A stretch of 64,000 bases of DNA, from NCBI RefSeq assembly GCF_028641065.1, contig NC_073402.1:17608001-17672000 (forward strand). Direction: 5' to 3'. Below, in pieces: positions 1-22,672 of this stretch. The stretch comes from Leucoraja erinacea (lineage: Eukaryota). The stretch's first letter is position 1, and each line of letters starts with the position of its first letter. The notes under the pieces were generated by a model, which was given only the letters and a program-made list of their open reading frames with translations, did not search any database and had not been told where the DNA came from. A program made the position numbers and the translations under genes.

Positions 1-496
1 CATTGAGCTCGTCAGGGGGTGGTGCTTCACTGACAATTGAGCTGCCTCCAAGTGAGCTACAATCTAAATCAAAGATTCTGTGTTAACATTGACCCCAGAA
101 TTGAATTGAAGATATGGGTAACAAGAATGCCTCAGTTGTAATTGCACATAAAAGAATGAGAACCAAATTTACAGTACTATCTCCCATTGACAATTTTTAC
201 GACAAATTTCCAAAAAAATACTAGAGTTAAGTTATGTTAGCTCTCATTAGTAGAACAAGTCCACAGCTATACCCCAAACACCAGGCACTCAAAGCATGCA
301 TTTAGAGGTGTAAATTTGAAGAAAGAGCCAGGCAACTCACGCAAAGATACAACCCAATACATGGTTGGACAGATCATGGCCAAAGCATTCTCTTTCCTGC
401 CATTTACTACTAATTTCACAGAGAAATTATACAAAAAAGTAAAGGGAAATATATCCTTTTACTTTAAAAAGTTCATCCATCCTTTCAAAAAAGTTA

Positions 497-4436
<3,940 letters not shown>

Positions 4437-4440
4437 GTTA

Positions 4441-4452
4441 GTGGAAAGGATG
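4441..4452 (-). promoter_or_regulatory. TCT/5'TOP pyrimidine initiator of rpl11
   Basis: Minus strand CATCCTTTCCAC just upstream of the ATG; typical of ribosomal protein genes. Confidence 0.7.
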
Positions 4453-5179
4453 AGTGCGGCAGATTAAAACATTTCTCAGGCCCCGAACGAAGAGGCGCAC
4501 AAAAATTCTCCTGGTGCGCAATATACTGACTAGCGCCACCTTTTTAAAGCCAAGAAAATTCACCCGCATCCTCACCCGGAGAGTAATAATCTGGCGTTTC
4601 ACATTCAGCAAAACCTTTAAACTGCGAGCAACTGTGATTGGGATTACACGTGGAACGAACGCTCTTGTTTTTTTTCCATTGCAGCTCTGATCTCTTGATA
4701 CTTTATTTGTGAAAAACGTCTTAAATAAAATGTAACGAATGAGCAATGATGAAAACGTCTGAAGAAGGGTTCCCACCCGCAGCATCACCCATCTTTTTTT
4801 TCTCCAAAGGTGCTGCCTGACCCACTGAGTTACTCCAACACCTTGTGTCTCATTTTTTTTTTATACATAAAATGGGATTTTAAATCGGTCTTCAGAAAAA
4901 ATACCCTAATGTTTATCTTTGTCAATAGACACAACGACCTCTGAGGTGCAACTTTTGGGAAATTAGATCCCCACTGCATCAGACCTTCATGGGCAAATTG
5001 AAGAGATGTGTGCCATGGTTTGAAACACATGGTTGCAATTGCACTTTGTATCATCTGTCACCTTCCATGTATGGAGTAGATAGCCACATTGTCCCTGGCC
5101 TATGCAGATTCTGTTGAGAATTATTCACTTGACTTGAGGGAGTTTGAAGCCAGATTGATGAAGATGTATTTGTCATCTG

Positions 5180-5870
5180 CAATGGATGTGTCCCATAATC
5201 CCTTCGATCTGGAAATGAGTTGGTTCTTACTTCCCACTAAGGCTTTTTTGATCTACCCGATCTATTCCTCTCATGATTTTGTATACCTCTATAAGATCTT
5301 CCCTCATCCTCCTGCTCTCCAATGAATAGAGACCCAGCCTTCTTAACCTCTCCCTAAAGCTCACACTTTCTAGTCCTTGCAACATCCTCGTAAATCTTTT
5401 CTGAACCCTTTCAAGCTTGACAATATCTTTCATATAAAATGGTGCCCAGAACTGAACACAATACTCTAAATGCGGTCTCACTAACATCTTATACAATTGC
5501 AACATGATCTCCCAGCTTCTATACTCAATACTCTGACTGATGAAGGCCAAAATACCAAGCCTGTTTGACCTCCTTATCTACCTGCGACTCGACCTTTAAG
5601 GAACCATGCACCTGGTACTGCTAGATCCCTCGGCTCTACAACACTACACAACCATTTACTGTGTAGGTCCTGCCCGTCCCAAAATGCAACACCTCACACT
5701 TTTCTGTATTAAATTCCACCAACCATACCTCTGCCCACCTGGCCAATCGATCCAGATCCTGCTGCAATTGTTCACAACCATCTTCACTATCGGCAAAACC
5801 AATAACTTTTGAATCATCAGCAAACTTGTTAATCTTGCCCTGTATGTTCTCATCCAAAATACTTATCAGT
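5180..5870 (-). mobile_element. CR1 (HER1-like) LINE fragment
   Basis: [20 protein letters not shown] and LERVQKRFTRM in minus-strand ORFs. Confidence 0.9.
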
Positions 5871-5934
5871 GCAGACTTTAAACACTACTGGAATAAGTAT
5901 GACTTTTCCTTCAGACAACCCCTGGGGATAAAAT

Positions 5935-6143
5935 GTTTAAGAAGGAACAGCAGATGCCGGAAAATCGAAGGTAGACAAAAGTGCTGGAGAAACTCAGCGG
6001 GTGCAGCAGCATCTATGGAGCGAAGGAAATAGGCAACGTTTTGGGCCGAAACCCTTCTTCAGACCGTTTCGGCCCGAAACATTGCCTATTTCTTTCGCTC
6101 CATAGATGCTGCTGCACCCGCTGAATTTCTCCAAAACTTTTGT
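5935..6143. repeat. Palindromic Penelope pLTR-derived element
   Basis: Arms ggagaaactcagcgggtgcagcagcatctatggagcgaa / ttcgctccatagatgctgctgcacccgctgaatttctcc. Confidence 0.75.
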
Positions 6144-7556
6144 CAAGTCAAGTTTATTCGTCACATACACATACGAGATGTGCAGTGAAATGAAAAGTGG
6201 AAATACTCACGGAGTTTGTGCAAAAAGACAACAAACAAACAACCAAACAAACTACAAACAGAATGGAATAGAATCACATATTCGTTTACATATTAAATAT
6301 TGTGGGTGGAAGGAAAAGGAAAAAGGGGAAAAAAACAGCGATTTTAAAAAAAAGCAGTAGAGTGGTACAGTAAAGTTAGTCCCTGGTGAGATAGGAGTTT
6401 ACAGTCCTAATAGCCGCTGGGAAGAAACTCCTTCTCAACCTCTCCGTTCTCACAGCATGGCAACGGAGGTGTTTGCCTGAATATAGCAGCTGGAACAGTC
6501 CTGGAGGTAAAGGTTGACTTGCTCAGATGGCAGTGGTGCAGCCCCATGTGTAGCTGAGCAATAGTAAATCTGCCGCCTTACATCTCCACTAACCTAGGTT
6601 CATTCCTAGCTTCCAATGCCACTTGGAGTTTGCACAATGCCCGTTTGCATATGTTTTCTCCGACATTAGAGACAGGTAGGTTGATAGATCAAGATGCAAA
6701 AAGCTGGAATAATAAGCGGGTCAGACAGCATCACTGGAGAAAAGAATAGGTGACGTTTCAGGTTGAGACCCTTCATCAGACTGAAGTCAGGGGAAAGGGA
6801 AATGAGAGATATTGACAGTGCTGTAGGGATACAATGACCTCCATAATGTTTGGGACAAAGACCCATCGTTTATTTATTTGCCTCTGTACTCAATTTGAGA
6901 TTTGTAAAAGAAAAATATCACGTGGTTAAAGTGCACATTGTCAGATTTTAATAAAGGGCAGTTTTATACATTTCATCATGTAGAAATTACAAGTGTTTAT
7001 ACATAGTCCCCCCCATTTCAGGGCACCATAATGTTTGGGACACAGCAATGTCATGTAAATGAAAGTAGTCATGTTTAGTATTTTATTGCATATCCTTTGC
7101 ATGCAATGATTGCTTGAAGTCTGTGATTCATGGACATCACCAGTTGCTGGGTGTCTTCTCTGGTGATGCTCTGCCAGGCCTGTATTGCAGTCATCTTTAG
7201 CTTATGGTTGTTTGGGGGGCTAGTCCAGTTTTCTCTCAGCATATAAAAGGCATACTCAATTGGGTTCAGATTGGGTGATTGACTTGGCCACTCAAGAATT
7301 GACCATTTTTTAGCTTTGAAAAACTCCTTTGTTGTTTTAGCAGTATGTTTGGGATCATTGGTAGACAAAAGCAAAGATCTTATAGCGGAGCAAGATGGCC
7401 TACTCCTACGCAAAACACGTAGTACGGTCATGGGCAGATTCATGGGTAATTATAGGACCCATTTTAGCAACCAGCCTCCGCCATCTTGCTTCCGGTCAAA
7501 GATCGGAACTTTGCTTCCGCCTCCGCTCTGGAATCTAAAGAATCTTCACTTTGTCC

Positions 7557-8788
7557 ATGGTGGCGTCCACGTCTACTAGTGTTGCATTCTGCTCTGCGAT
7601 AAATTGCTCCAATCGGCAAAGTAGGCGACCCAACTTGTCTTTCTTCAGGTTCCCCGTTAAGGAGGAAAGGTAAGAAAACATTTATTACTTCTGTGGCATA
7701 TTGAAAATTTTATTTAGTCTGTTCAATCTCTCATTGTAGTTAGATCATTAAGCTCAGATAGTTGAGGCCTCATGGCAACATCCTCTTAAAAATCTTCTCC
7801 TCAAGAGCATTTTCTTTCTATCTCCGTGTTATTTAATGCAGAATAAGAACATATTGACTCTGTTTTGTACTGAGAATTTTATTAAGTCTGCCCGAACTTT
7901 CACTATAGTTCAGATCTTAGAGCTGGGTGCTCCCCTTTGTCTCAGAAACAGTTGAGGCCTCATGGCAACATCCTTGTACTGAGAATTTTATTAAGTCTGT
8001 CTGAACTTTCACTATAGTTTAGATCTTAGAGCTGAGTGCTCCCCTTTATCTCAGCTAGTCGAGGCCTCAATAGACAATAGGTGCAGGAGCAGGCCATTCG
8101 GCCCTTCAAACCAGCACCATGGTCATGGCTAATCATCCACAATCAGCACCCCGTTCCTGCCTTCTCCCCATATTCCCTGACTCCGCTATTTTTAAGAGCC
8201 CTATCTAGCTCTTTCTTGAAAGAATCCAGAGAACCTGCCTCCACTGCCCTCTGAGGCAGAGAATTCCACCACTCTCTGTGAGAAAAGGTGTTTCCCCATC
8301 TCCGTTCTAAATGGCTTCCTCCTTATTCTTAAACTGTGGCCCCTGGTTCTGGACTCCCCCAACATCAGGAACATGTTTCCTGTCTCTAGCGTGTCCAAGC
8401 CCTTAACAATCTTATATGTTTCAATAAGATACCCTCTCATCCTTCTAAACTCCAGAATGTACAAGCCCAGCTGCTCCATTGACTGCATGCTTACTTTCAC
8501 AGACTGATGTACAAGGAACCCCAGATCCCGTTGTGTCCCCGTTTGCCAACTTGACGCCATTTAGATAGTGCTGGAATAGGTACAGGAGTACTAGTTGCCT
8601 CATGGCAACATCCTTGTAAAAATTTTCTCAAGAGCATTTTCTTTCTACCCGTTATTTAATGCAGAATAAGAACATATTGACTGCATGATATTTTCTGTAA
8701 ATTCAGATGTCGACAGTGTGTCTAGAACACTCGCCGACATGATTTCCTACACTGAACTGCAGAGTATTTGTCAAATAACTGCCATCTT
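7557..8788 (+). pseudogene. THAP zinc-finger domain remnant of the P transposase (exons 7557-7669 and 8707-8788)
   Basis: MVASTSTSVAFCSAINCSNRQSRRPNLSFFRFPVKEER, intron gtaag...ttcag, then CRQCV*NTRRHDFLH*TAEYLSNNCHL; two stops, truncated before the final C..H. Confidence 0.8.
8069..8568 (-). mobile_element. CR1 LINE 3' fragment nested in the P-element intron
   Basis: LEFRRMRGYLIETYKI...[12 protein letters not shown], plus the CR1 3' UTR. Confidence 0.85.
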
Positions 8789-10984
8789 ATGTACATTGTG
8801 TGAAATTGTGATTTGTTAGCTGCGCAAAACAATACAAATGGCGATTTATTTATTATTGTATCTACGTTGGACGTTTGCTCTTTGTTGTAAGCAGGGGTGG
8901 GGCTATCATTGTGTTACATACGTTGAATTGTACATCACTTTCACTGGTTAGCTGATATGCTGATCACTGCAACCCTGTATATCTCGCACACAGAATAATG
9001 TGAATTATATAAATCTTACTATGTATGTCAAAAATAAAGTGTTAACCATGTTAATGGATTTCTATTATGAATTATTTAAAATTGAGCGGGTTGGTGCAAT
9101 ATTGGTACCATATGCTGCTAATGTGTCGTTATCAGATATTCAGTTAAAAGAGAAATAAATCACAATAAAAGTGAAAAGATGTTCCTTCCACAGCGTGCGG
9201 GGAGTCTGGCCTGGATCAGCACGGCCGAGGCACCAAAGTGAAGTTGCGGGGAGGTTTACAATGTTTTTTTATTTAATGTTGTCCCTTGTCTAGTCTGAAA
9301 TAAAGTTCATCACTGGATATAAAAATCAGAAGAAATGAAAATGTGTGTGTTATATTATTATATACATCTATATCACATTCATATATGTGTGTTCTTTCCA
9401 GCACAATCTAATCAGTTGTATGTTCGCTGAATAAAACCATCCTTAAGTTATACAGGTACATCATTTGTAAATCTTGCTTAAACAAATTTAATTTTGTGAA
9501 ATACTTAATTTAGATAACCCCACCATTTACAGACAGATCTCATTCCACTCTCTGGCTATTGGGAAGACCAGACCCATTTTATTGTTGAGAAACTCCATAG
9601 ACACAAAAACATTAAGTAACTTTCCAGGGCTAGAGCAACTGGAATCTTCATATTGCTATTATTTTCCCAAATACTGCAGTTGTGAACAGTGTGATTAGAT
9701 GAATGAATTACAGAGTGCGGGTGTAATACAAAACCAACTCAAACTCAGCATATGAGACATTTAAAAATAAATTATTTAAAAAACATTAAAAAAGAAAATT
9801 ACCACTCAAATTTTATAAACATTTTATTCTTTAAAAAGAACTAACAGAATTATGACTCTAACCCTACATCTCACACACAAACTGTTTCCCCGCAACGTTG
9901 ATTACACTGCGAGTCGGGTAGGTTCCGGTTACTAAAATGGACGAAAAAAATGCCCACGATCCGCTCCGTAGCGTACTACACGTCAGCCCATTGCATTTCG
10001 CAGGAGTGGCCTATCTTGCTCCGCTATAAGATCTTTGGACAAAAGTGCTGGAGAAACTCAGCGGGTTAGGCAGCATCTATGGAGTGAAGGAAATAGGCAA
10101 CATTTCGGGCTGAAACCTTTCTTCAGACTGATGTAGGGTGGGGGATCATTGTCTTGCTGTGGAATGAACTGCGGCCAATGAGTTGTGAGGCATTTGTTTG
10201 AACGTGAGCAGATAGGATGTGTCTAAGTTCAGAATTAATTATGCTACTACATCAGCAGTTGTATCATCAATGAAGTGAGCCAGTGCCTTCAGCAGCCATA
10301 CATGCCCAGGCCATACTAGCCTCTGTTCATGAAGTCTTCTGCGGACAGTGGTCATTGACAAATCCACTCCTGAAGAGTCTGATCTGTCAGATAGGTGTTT
10401 GGGGGGGGTTTCTTTATGATATAGAGAATTCTTGTCATCAGCTGTGGAGGTCTTCCTTGGCCTGCCTGTCCCTTTGCTCACCAGTGTTCTTTCTTCCTAA
10501 TGATGCTCCGACAGTTGCTGTTGGTAAGCCTAAGGTTTGGCTGATGTCTCTAACAGTTTTATGCTCGTTTCTCAGTCTTATAATGGCTTATTTGACTTTC
10601 ATTGGCACCATGTTGGTCCTCATGTTGATAAAGAGCAATAAAAGTTTCCAAAGGTGATAGAAAGACTAGGTGCTGAGAGCTCTCTTATACCTGCATTAAG
10701 GAAGCATTTAAACACACCTGAGCAATTACAAACACCTGTGAAGCCATGTGTCCCAAATTTTATGGTGCCCTGAAATGGGAGGGGACTATGTATGATGTAG
10801 AATTACAGCTGAAATTTCTACATGGTGAAACCAAAATGTATAAAAATACCCATTAATAAAATCTGACAATGTGCACCTCAACCACGTGATTTTTTTCAAT
10901 TACAAATCTCAAATTGTGGAGTACAGAGGTAAATAAATAAATTATGGGTCTTTGTGCCAAAAATTATGGGGGCACTGTATATTG

Positions 10985-11420
10985 TTAGAGGCCTCCATTG
11001 TGAGTGATGTCAAACACAAATTGGAGGAACAGCATCACATATTTCACTTGGGCAGCTTACAAACAATATTAACCAAAGAATATTGATTTCTCTAACTTCA
11101 AGGAACCCTTGAATCCCTCTCCATTCCTCCTCCACCCAAGTCATACCAGCCTCAGTCGTCTTGTGTCTGACTATGCTTTCACCCACACCACTGGCTGTTT
11201 CCTTTATCGTTACTTTTATGCATATCTTTCATTCATTTGTTGTATATCTCTCGCTTCCCTTTCCTGACGCTGTCTTCTACGATCTTTGGTCTGAAGGGTC
11301 TCGACCTGAAACATCACCCATTCTTTTTCTCCAGAGATGCTGTCTAACCCGCTGAGTTACCTCCAGCTTTTTGTGTCTATCTTCAGTTCAAATCAGCATC
11401 TGCAGGTCCTCCCTACATCA
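10985..11420 (+). mobile_element. Penelope-like element 3' fragment (end of endonuclease plus pLTR)
   Basis: aaattggaggaacagcatcacatatttcacttggg (KLEEQH.IF.LG) followed by a pLTR with a degenerate hammerhead (ctgaagggtctcgacctgaaacatc). Confidence 0.7.
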
Positions 11421-12870
11421 GTTGTTAGGTTAGTTGGATACACCCCAATATGAATGTGCATGATGGTGGGGAGAATACAATGATTGGTGCTTGTCAGTGT
11501 AGGCAGATTCAGCCCCAAGGGCCTGAATCGACACTGAATGTCTCCATGAAGTCTCTGTTCCTTTGCCTGCAGAAGGGGGCCCATAGCTGGACGGGGCAGG
11601 TAATGTTTGTAAGTTCATGCATGAATTCACTCAGGTTGTGCTTCTGTTTTCACTTGCCCCCCCATATGCTCAAGTAATGTGTTCCATGCCTTCCAGAATG
11701 CTGTGCTTCCACTGTGAGGCGTAGTCTTGGCATTCCCATGTAATTTGTTCCCAAGACTTTGAGATCCTTTAAACATTTTCACATCCCAGACACCTCTTTC
11801 CATAAGATAGGCCTGTTGTCTAGCTAATAGCTGGGTCCTCTCCATTGGAGTGAAGAATTTGTACCTTGCTTAGATGCCAATATCCGTTTGTTCGATGTGC
11901 CAATGGATTTTGCAAACCTTTGATTATAGCTCTGGTTCCCAGGGAGGGTTGTTATAAAGGAATGGGTGACATTTCCAATCGAGATGCTTCTTCAGACTTC
12001 AAACGTCATCCAATACTACTCTCCACATGCTGCCTGTCCCACTGAGTTACTCCAGCACTTTGTGTATATCTTCGATGTAAACCAGCATCTGCAGTTCCTT
12101 CCTCCATATTCCCAAGCACAGGGATCACTGCAAGTTGCAGTAATGAACTAGTAGGTGCCAGATGAGGTAATGGGTCAAACTATTTCTCGAAGTTGAATAA
12201 TATAACCGAATAACTCCAAACATGGATTTCAGTTGTATTTTCATGAAATTAATGATTTTTTATATATTTTTTTTAAAATATCGCCTGCCCTACCTTCAAG
12301 TCATTTAATCTCTTGATAAATTGCTAAATCACCTTTTGACTTTGCCAAATCTATAACAAGATATTTGTCCTGTTGTAGTCGCTGGAAATCTATGGGTCTG
12401 ACTTCTGATACTGTGTATGATAGTTAGATAGAGCTCTTAAAGATAGTAGGCAAGGGATATGGGGAGAAGGCAGGAACAAGGTACTGATTGTGGATGATCA
12501 CATTGAATGGCTGCGCTGACCAAATGGCATACTCCTGCACGTATTGTCAAATATGAACTATTGCACAGTAGAAAGAAATGACATTTTGGGGGGAAATGGC
12601 TGAATGCTAATATGAACAAAACCAGCTATGGCCATCGCTCCATTTGAAAACCGGAAAGTCTTGCCCTTACCCACAATATCAACTTCCTCCAAATTCACCT
12701 GCTGAATTATCCAATATTTTGTAGTGATGTGGTGAAGTTAGCAATACTGAAAGGGAAAGGTCTACTTCCACACTATCATCCACCAAATGTTTGCATATGA
12801 CTAAGCATGCAGATTCAATTTACCATGTTAGCCCAAAAAATTGAACTTGAAACTGAAGTGGTTTTGGGTA

Positions 12871-12876
12871 TTTATT
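12871..12876 (-). terminator. Probable polyadenylation signal of eEF1A
   Basis: AATAAA on the minus strand about 240 nt after the stop codon. Confidence 0.55.
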
Positions 12877-13118
12877 AGTTTTAAATCATTACACAACCAA
12901 AATAGCTCCTAATTAGTGAAAGGACATTTACAATTACACTGATAGCTTTGGAATCTATTTAGAATCCATCATTCCTATCCTTTCCTTCTGAATTTCTTTC
13001 GATGCATCTTGATCAATATCCAGTATCTCATTAATACACATATTTGGCTGGTAATGAATAAACATTTTGGTGGTGTCTGTCTCAGGGTTTGCTGGATCTT
13101 GGTGGCTGGTGGTGATAT

Positions 13119-19063
<5,945 letters not shown>

Positions 19064-20316
19064 CTACTTATATTAGAACCTTGTAATAAGACAAGTGCCC
19101 CCAGGCAAGCATACTGCTAACTAACAGCTTGTTAAGCAATAAGAGGGACGCAATTGTTAAAAAATATCCATCCAGTTTCAATGAAGGCCAATAACGACGA
19201 TCACATCCTGTGAGTGAGTCAATGGGGACGTGGCAAACGATTCACTCATCAATGCCATGACATCGGTATTTCACGACGCCAGATGGCTCCCTTCGAGAAT
19301 GAACGGAGAGAAAAAAAGTACACTGGGTGCTGATTAGGGCACTTTTGAGAGAGAAAAAATGGTGCACGCCCTGCCCCAGAGGCGGTTTCAACAAGAAAAT
19401 GAATGCGGAAACCTCTGGAGGGGAGCTCAACTACTTAAAATCCAATCCTTAAAAATGTAACGCCAATCATTATGTGATCTTAATATCGAACCGGTGTGGA
19501 TAATTAAACATGCCCCCATTCTTGTAAAGGGTAAATTGTGCACAACCCTGGTGGGAACCGAGTGGCGCGCTGACCGGAACTCGCCGACGATTGCATCAGC
19601 CGCCGAACAATGGGCTCGGCCTTCTTAATTTTACCTCAGCGAGTCACAGCCACAAAACAATTGCCCCCCCCCAAAAATTAGAAATGACATTGCGAAAAGT
19701 TAAAATACGGTCAAAATGTTGTATCTACCCAGTCGATGTCACCGGATGGCGAAGTATAAGGATCGGATGACAACGGATTGTGTGCCGCCGAGAGCCGCAC
19801 GCCCATGATTCTCCGCCAACAAAAGCGGCCTTCGACGCCGGCGCCAGCGCGAGCGCCACTCCTCCCTCACACGGCCGCCTTCCGACCGAGAAAGGGACAA
19901 AAAATGCCTCTCCCATCGTACTGATCCGGTGGGTAGCTTTTAATATCTTTACTCCACTCGCTCATGAGAGGGGAGGGGGTGGGGGAGGGGAAACAAAAAG
20001 CCGCCATCGCGGATCTGAGATGAGGAAAATTCTTGACAGAAATATCTGTCGCCAGGTCGCCGGTGACGGTCGGGTTCCACAAACCGTCCGGGTGGCCTGT
20101 TATATGTAGTCAATTCAATTGGATTGGATTCTACCTGCTTGATTCCAATGTCGGAAACTGCTTTCCAGTCAACATCTACCAAGTTTATAAAAAAAAAACA
20201 AAAAAACTCCCACCACACTAAGGTTACAAAATAACCGGCGCCAAGGCCCGGGCCCCATCCCGTCGGGCAAATCTGCCCAGTTTGGCAAGGCCGACGGCCA
20301 TTTCTGAAATAGTTAC

Positions 20317-20366
20317 CGTTTGGATACAGCCGCAAACCTCCCTTTGGTTGAGTCGGAGACTAAAGG
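20317..20366 (-). other. Non-coding exon 1 of eEF1A beginning with a TCT/TOP tract
   Basis: Minus strand CCTTTAGTCTCCGACTCAACC...GGTTTGCGGCTG...CAAACG|gtaact; resembles vertebrate EEF1A1 exon 1; CpG-rich intron 1 (about 19500-20300). TSS position is approximate. Confidence 0.75.
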
Positions 20367-20390
20367 ACCAAAGAGATGGCGTCGTGGCAA

Positions 20391-20396
20391 TTTATA
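20391..20396 (-). promoter_or_regulatory. TATA box of eEF1A
   Basis: TATAAA about 30 nt upstream of the pyrimidine initiator; GC box (GGGGCGGG) further upstream. Confidence 0.75.
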
Positions 20397-22069
20397 GGGA
20401 AGGAGAGAGGCTGACGCCCACGGCGCATTCCTCCTCCCGCCCCCTTTTCTGCTCTCGTCGTGTTCATGGTGGGTGAATGCACGCTTTTAATATTTTCCTC
20501 CAGTCCTCTTTCTTGCCTTTTCACGTTCTCTTCCGCCTCCAAAGTAAAACTCAAAGTCAAAGGAGACGTGACATATTTCGCGATATTTTTCTTTGCGGGT
20601 TTAATTAGTGTTTTCTGAAACCAAAAATCATTTCAATCTTCCGAGATCCATTCGGGTTGCAGTCCATCCGGTTCTGGCGGATTAACGTTGTTGCCTCCCA
20701 CCTCCTCCAAGTTCCATCCAGAAGTTTCCGAAGTATGAATGACGTGCCAGAAATTTGATTGACTTTTTGTTTGTTGACTTCTGGTGCAATGCATAATTTT
20801 AACTATCGACTTCAAGGTACTTTCAGACAAACAAAATAACTCGAGATGATTTTTATCAACATTCTGGTTCGATTTTCAACTAATTTAGTCACAGTAATTT
20901 AAAATTTAATTTAAAAAAAAGGTTCCCGACTCCTCCCCCGCCATTGTACGATATGAAGGTCTTAGTTTTATGTACACTCTAGAAATTCATAATATTTAAA
21001 ACAAAACAATAATTGGAAATACAATTGACAGACAGCTTCCAACTAAGCTGAATTGTATTGAAACGGCCACCTGGTTGATAACTCGTATCGGAAAATACAC
21101 CGTAAAAGCTTGTTATTGATTTACACGTTTAATTACAGTTGCCCATCCGGAGTGATTGGAATAACCCAATCTTAAAATGTTCAGTCCTTATTTAAATTTA
21201 AGAGTAAAAGGATGCCGGTAAATGACAGAACCCATGTAGCTACTTCATGATACTTCGTGATTCAGGATCCTCCACATTATTAATCTCTCGTAGTTTTTAA
21301 TGTTTCTGTGCACACTCTAAATCAAATATGATTTCACTAAAAAATCTAAAAAATGACATTATAGTTGGCAGTCCATCTGGTTTTTCAGGCTTGTTCCGCC
21401 TTTGATCAAGATGAAGGCTGATCTACTTCAGTGTATCTTGGCGTAGCATCATATTTGTTAATGACCAGACCTAGTATCTTCGTTTGAATGGAATTAGAAC
21501 ATCCACAGAGTTCCAAGGGTTCCCTGCCCTCTGAAAGTAGATAGTTTTATTCTAAATGGCCTATTGCTTATTTGGGGTCCAATAATTAAAAAATGTAGAT
21601 GATCATCATTAAACTGGTATCATTTGTCTCCAATTGTAAATTGTTCAAATACATAATATATCTAATTTTACAACTATTCAAAACTGCTTTATATAAGTTC
21701 AGGGTTTGGATGTGAACTTGTAACTTTTGTAACTAATAATAACAGTTATTGGCTACAGCTGGATTCAGTCTGACAATTGGAAATGTAAACTTTAACCATG
21801 GAAATTAATTTCAAATATATAAATGTCGTGAAATACTGATTAATTGAATTAGTCTTAATACTAATTATTCTTCAATTAAACTGTCACCACTGCATAAAAA
21901 CATTTCCATTAAATGGCTAGTTAACTTAATTATCATTTTTTAATCTAAGCAGTTTAAATAAGTGTAAATATACGTTTAAGAATTGGGAGTGCTATGTGGT
22001 ATATATTTTTAGATACATTGTTGTACCAAATATTCTTGATGGTTCAATTAAAATGTATTTTTTCATAAG

Positions 22070-22672
22070 ATTATAAGTAATAGAATTAGACCATTTGGCC
22101 CAGCAAGTCGACTCTGCCATTCAATCATGGCTGATCTATATCTCCCTCCTAATTCCATTCTCATGCCTTCTCCCCATAATCTCTAATATCTGTACTAATC
22201 AAGAGTCTATCTCTGGCTCCACAGCCTTCTGTGGCAAGGAATTCCACAGATTCAACACCCTCTGACTAAAGAAATTCCTCCTCATCTCCTTCCTAAAAGA
22301 ACGTCCTTTAATTCTGAGTCTATGATCTCTAGTCTCAGACTCTCCCACTAGTGAAAACATCCTCTCCACAACCACTCTATCCAAGCCTTTCACTATTCTG
22401 TATGTTTCAATGAGGTCCCCCCCCTCTTCTAAACTCCAGCGAATATAGGCCCCGTGCCGTCAAATGCTCATCATATGTTATCCTAGTCATTCCTGGGATC
22501 ATTCTTGTAAACTACCTCTGGACCCTCTCCAGAGCCAGCAAATCATTCCTCAGACATTGTGCCCAAAATTGATCACAATATTCCAAATGTGGGCTGACCA
22601 GCGCCTTGTGGAGGGAGCCTCAGCATTACATAGCTGTTTTTGTATACCAGCCCTCTTGAAATAAATGCGAGC
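22070..22672 (-). mobile_element. CR1 LINE 3' fragment
   Basis: KGLDRV..ERMFSLVGES...[16 protein letters not shown]. Confidence 0.85.

Larger units (their letters stand above)
7372..10037 (+). mobile_element. P-element-superfamily (THAP9-like) internally deleted DNA transposon
   Basis: 25-bp perfect TIR CAAAGATCTTATAGCGGAGCAAGAT; 8-bp TSD GACAAAAG (7364-7371 and 10038-10045); spliced THAP-domain remnant inside. Confidence 0.85.
6832..10977 (-). mobile_element. Tc1/mariner IR-DR type DNA transposon (degenerate), split by nested insertions at 7361-10141
   Basis: Inverted termini of roughly 210 bp with internal direct repeats (ccataatgtttgggaca), TA flanks. Transposase remnants GTGRPRKTS (10239-10481) and NDPKHTAK...EWPSQSPNLNPIE (7075-7358). 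Confidence 0.9.

Noticed and set aside
11430-11960. Possible old L1/Tx1-type fragments (also about 22800-23250 and 27290-27940) and an old Penelope remnant (about 56780-57780)
   Set aside because: Too degenerate to assign with confidence by eye.
19725-20560. ORFs in the eEF1A promoter and intron 1
   Set aside because: CpG-island artefacts.
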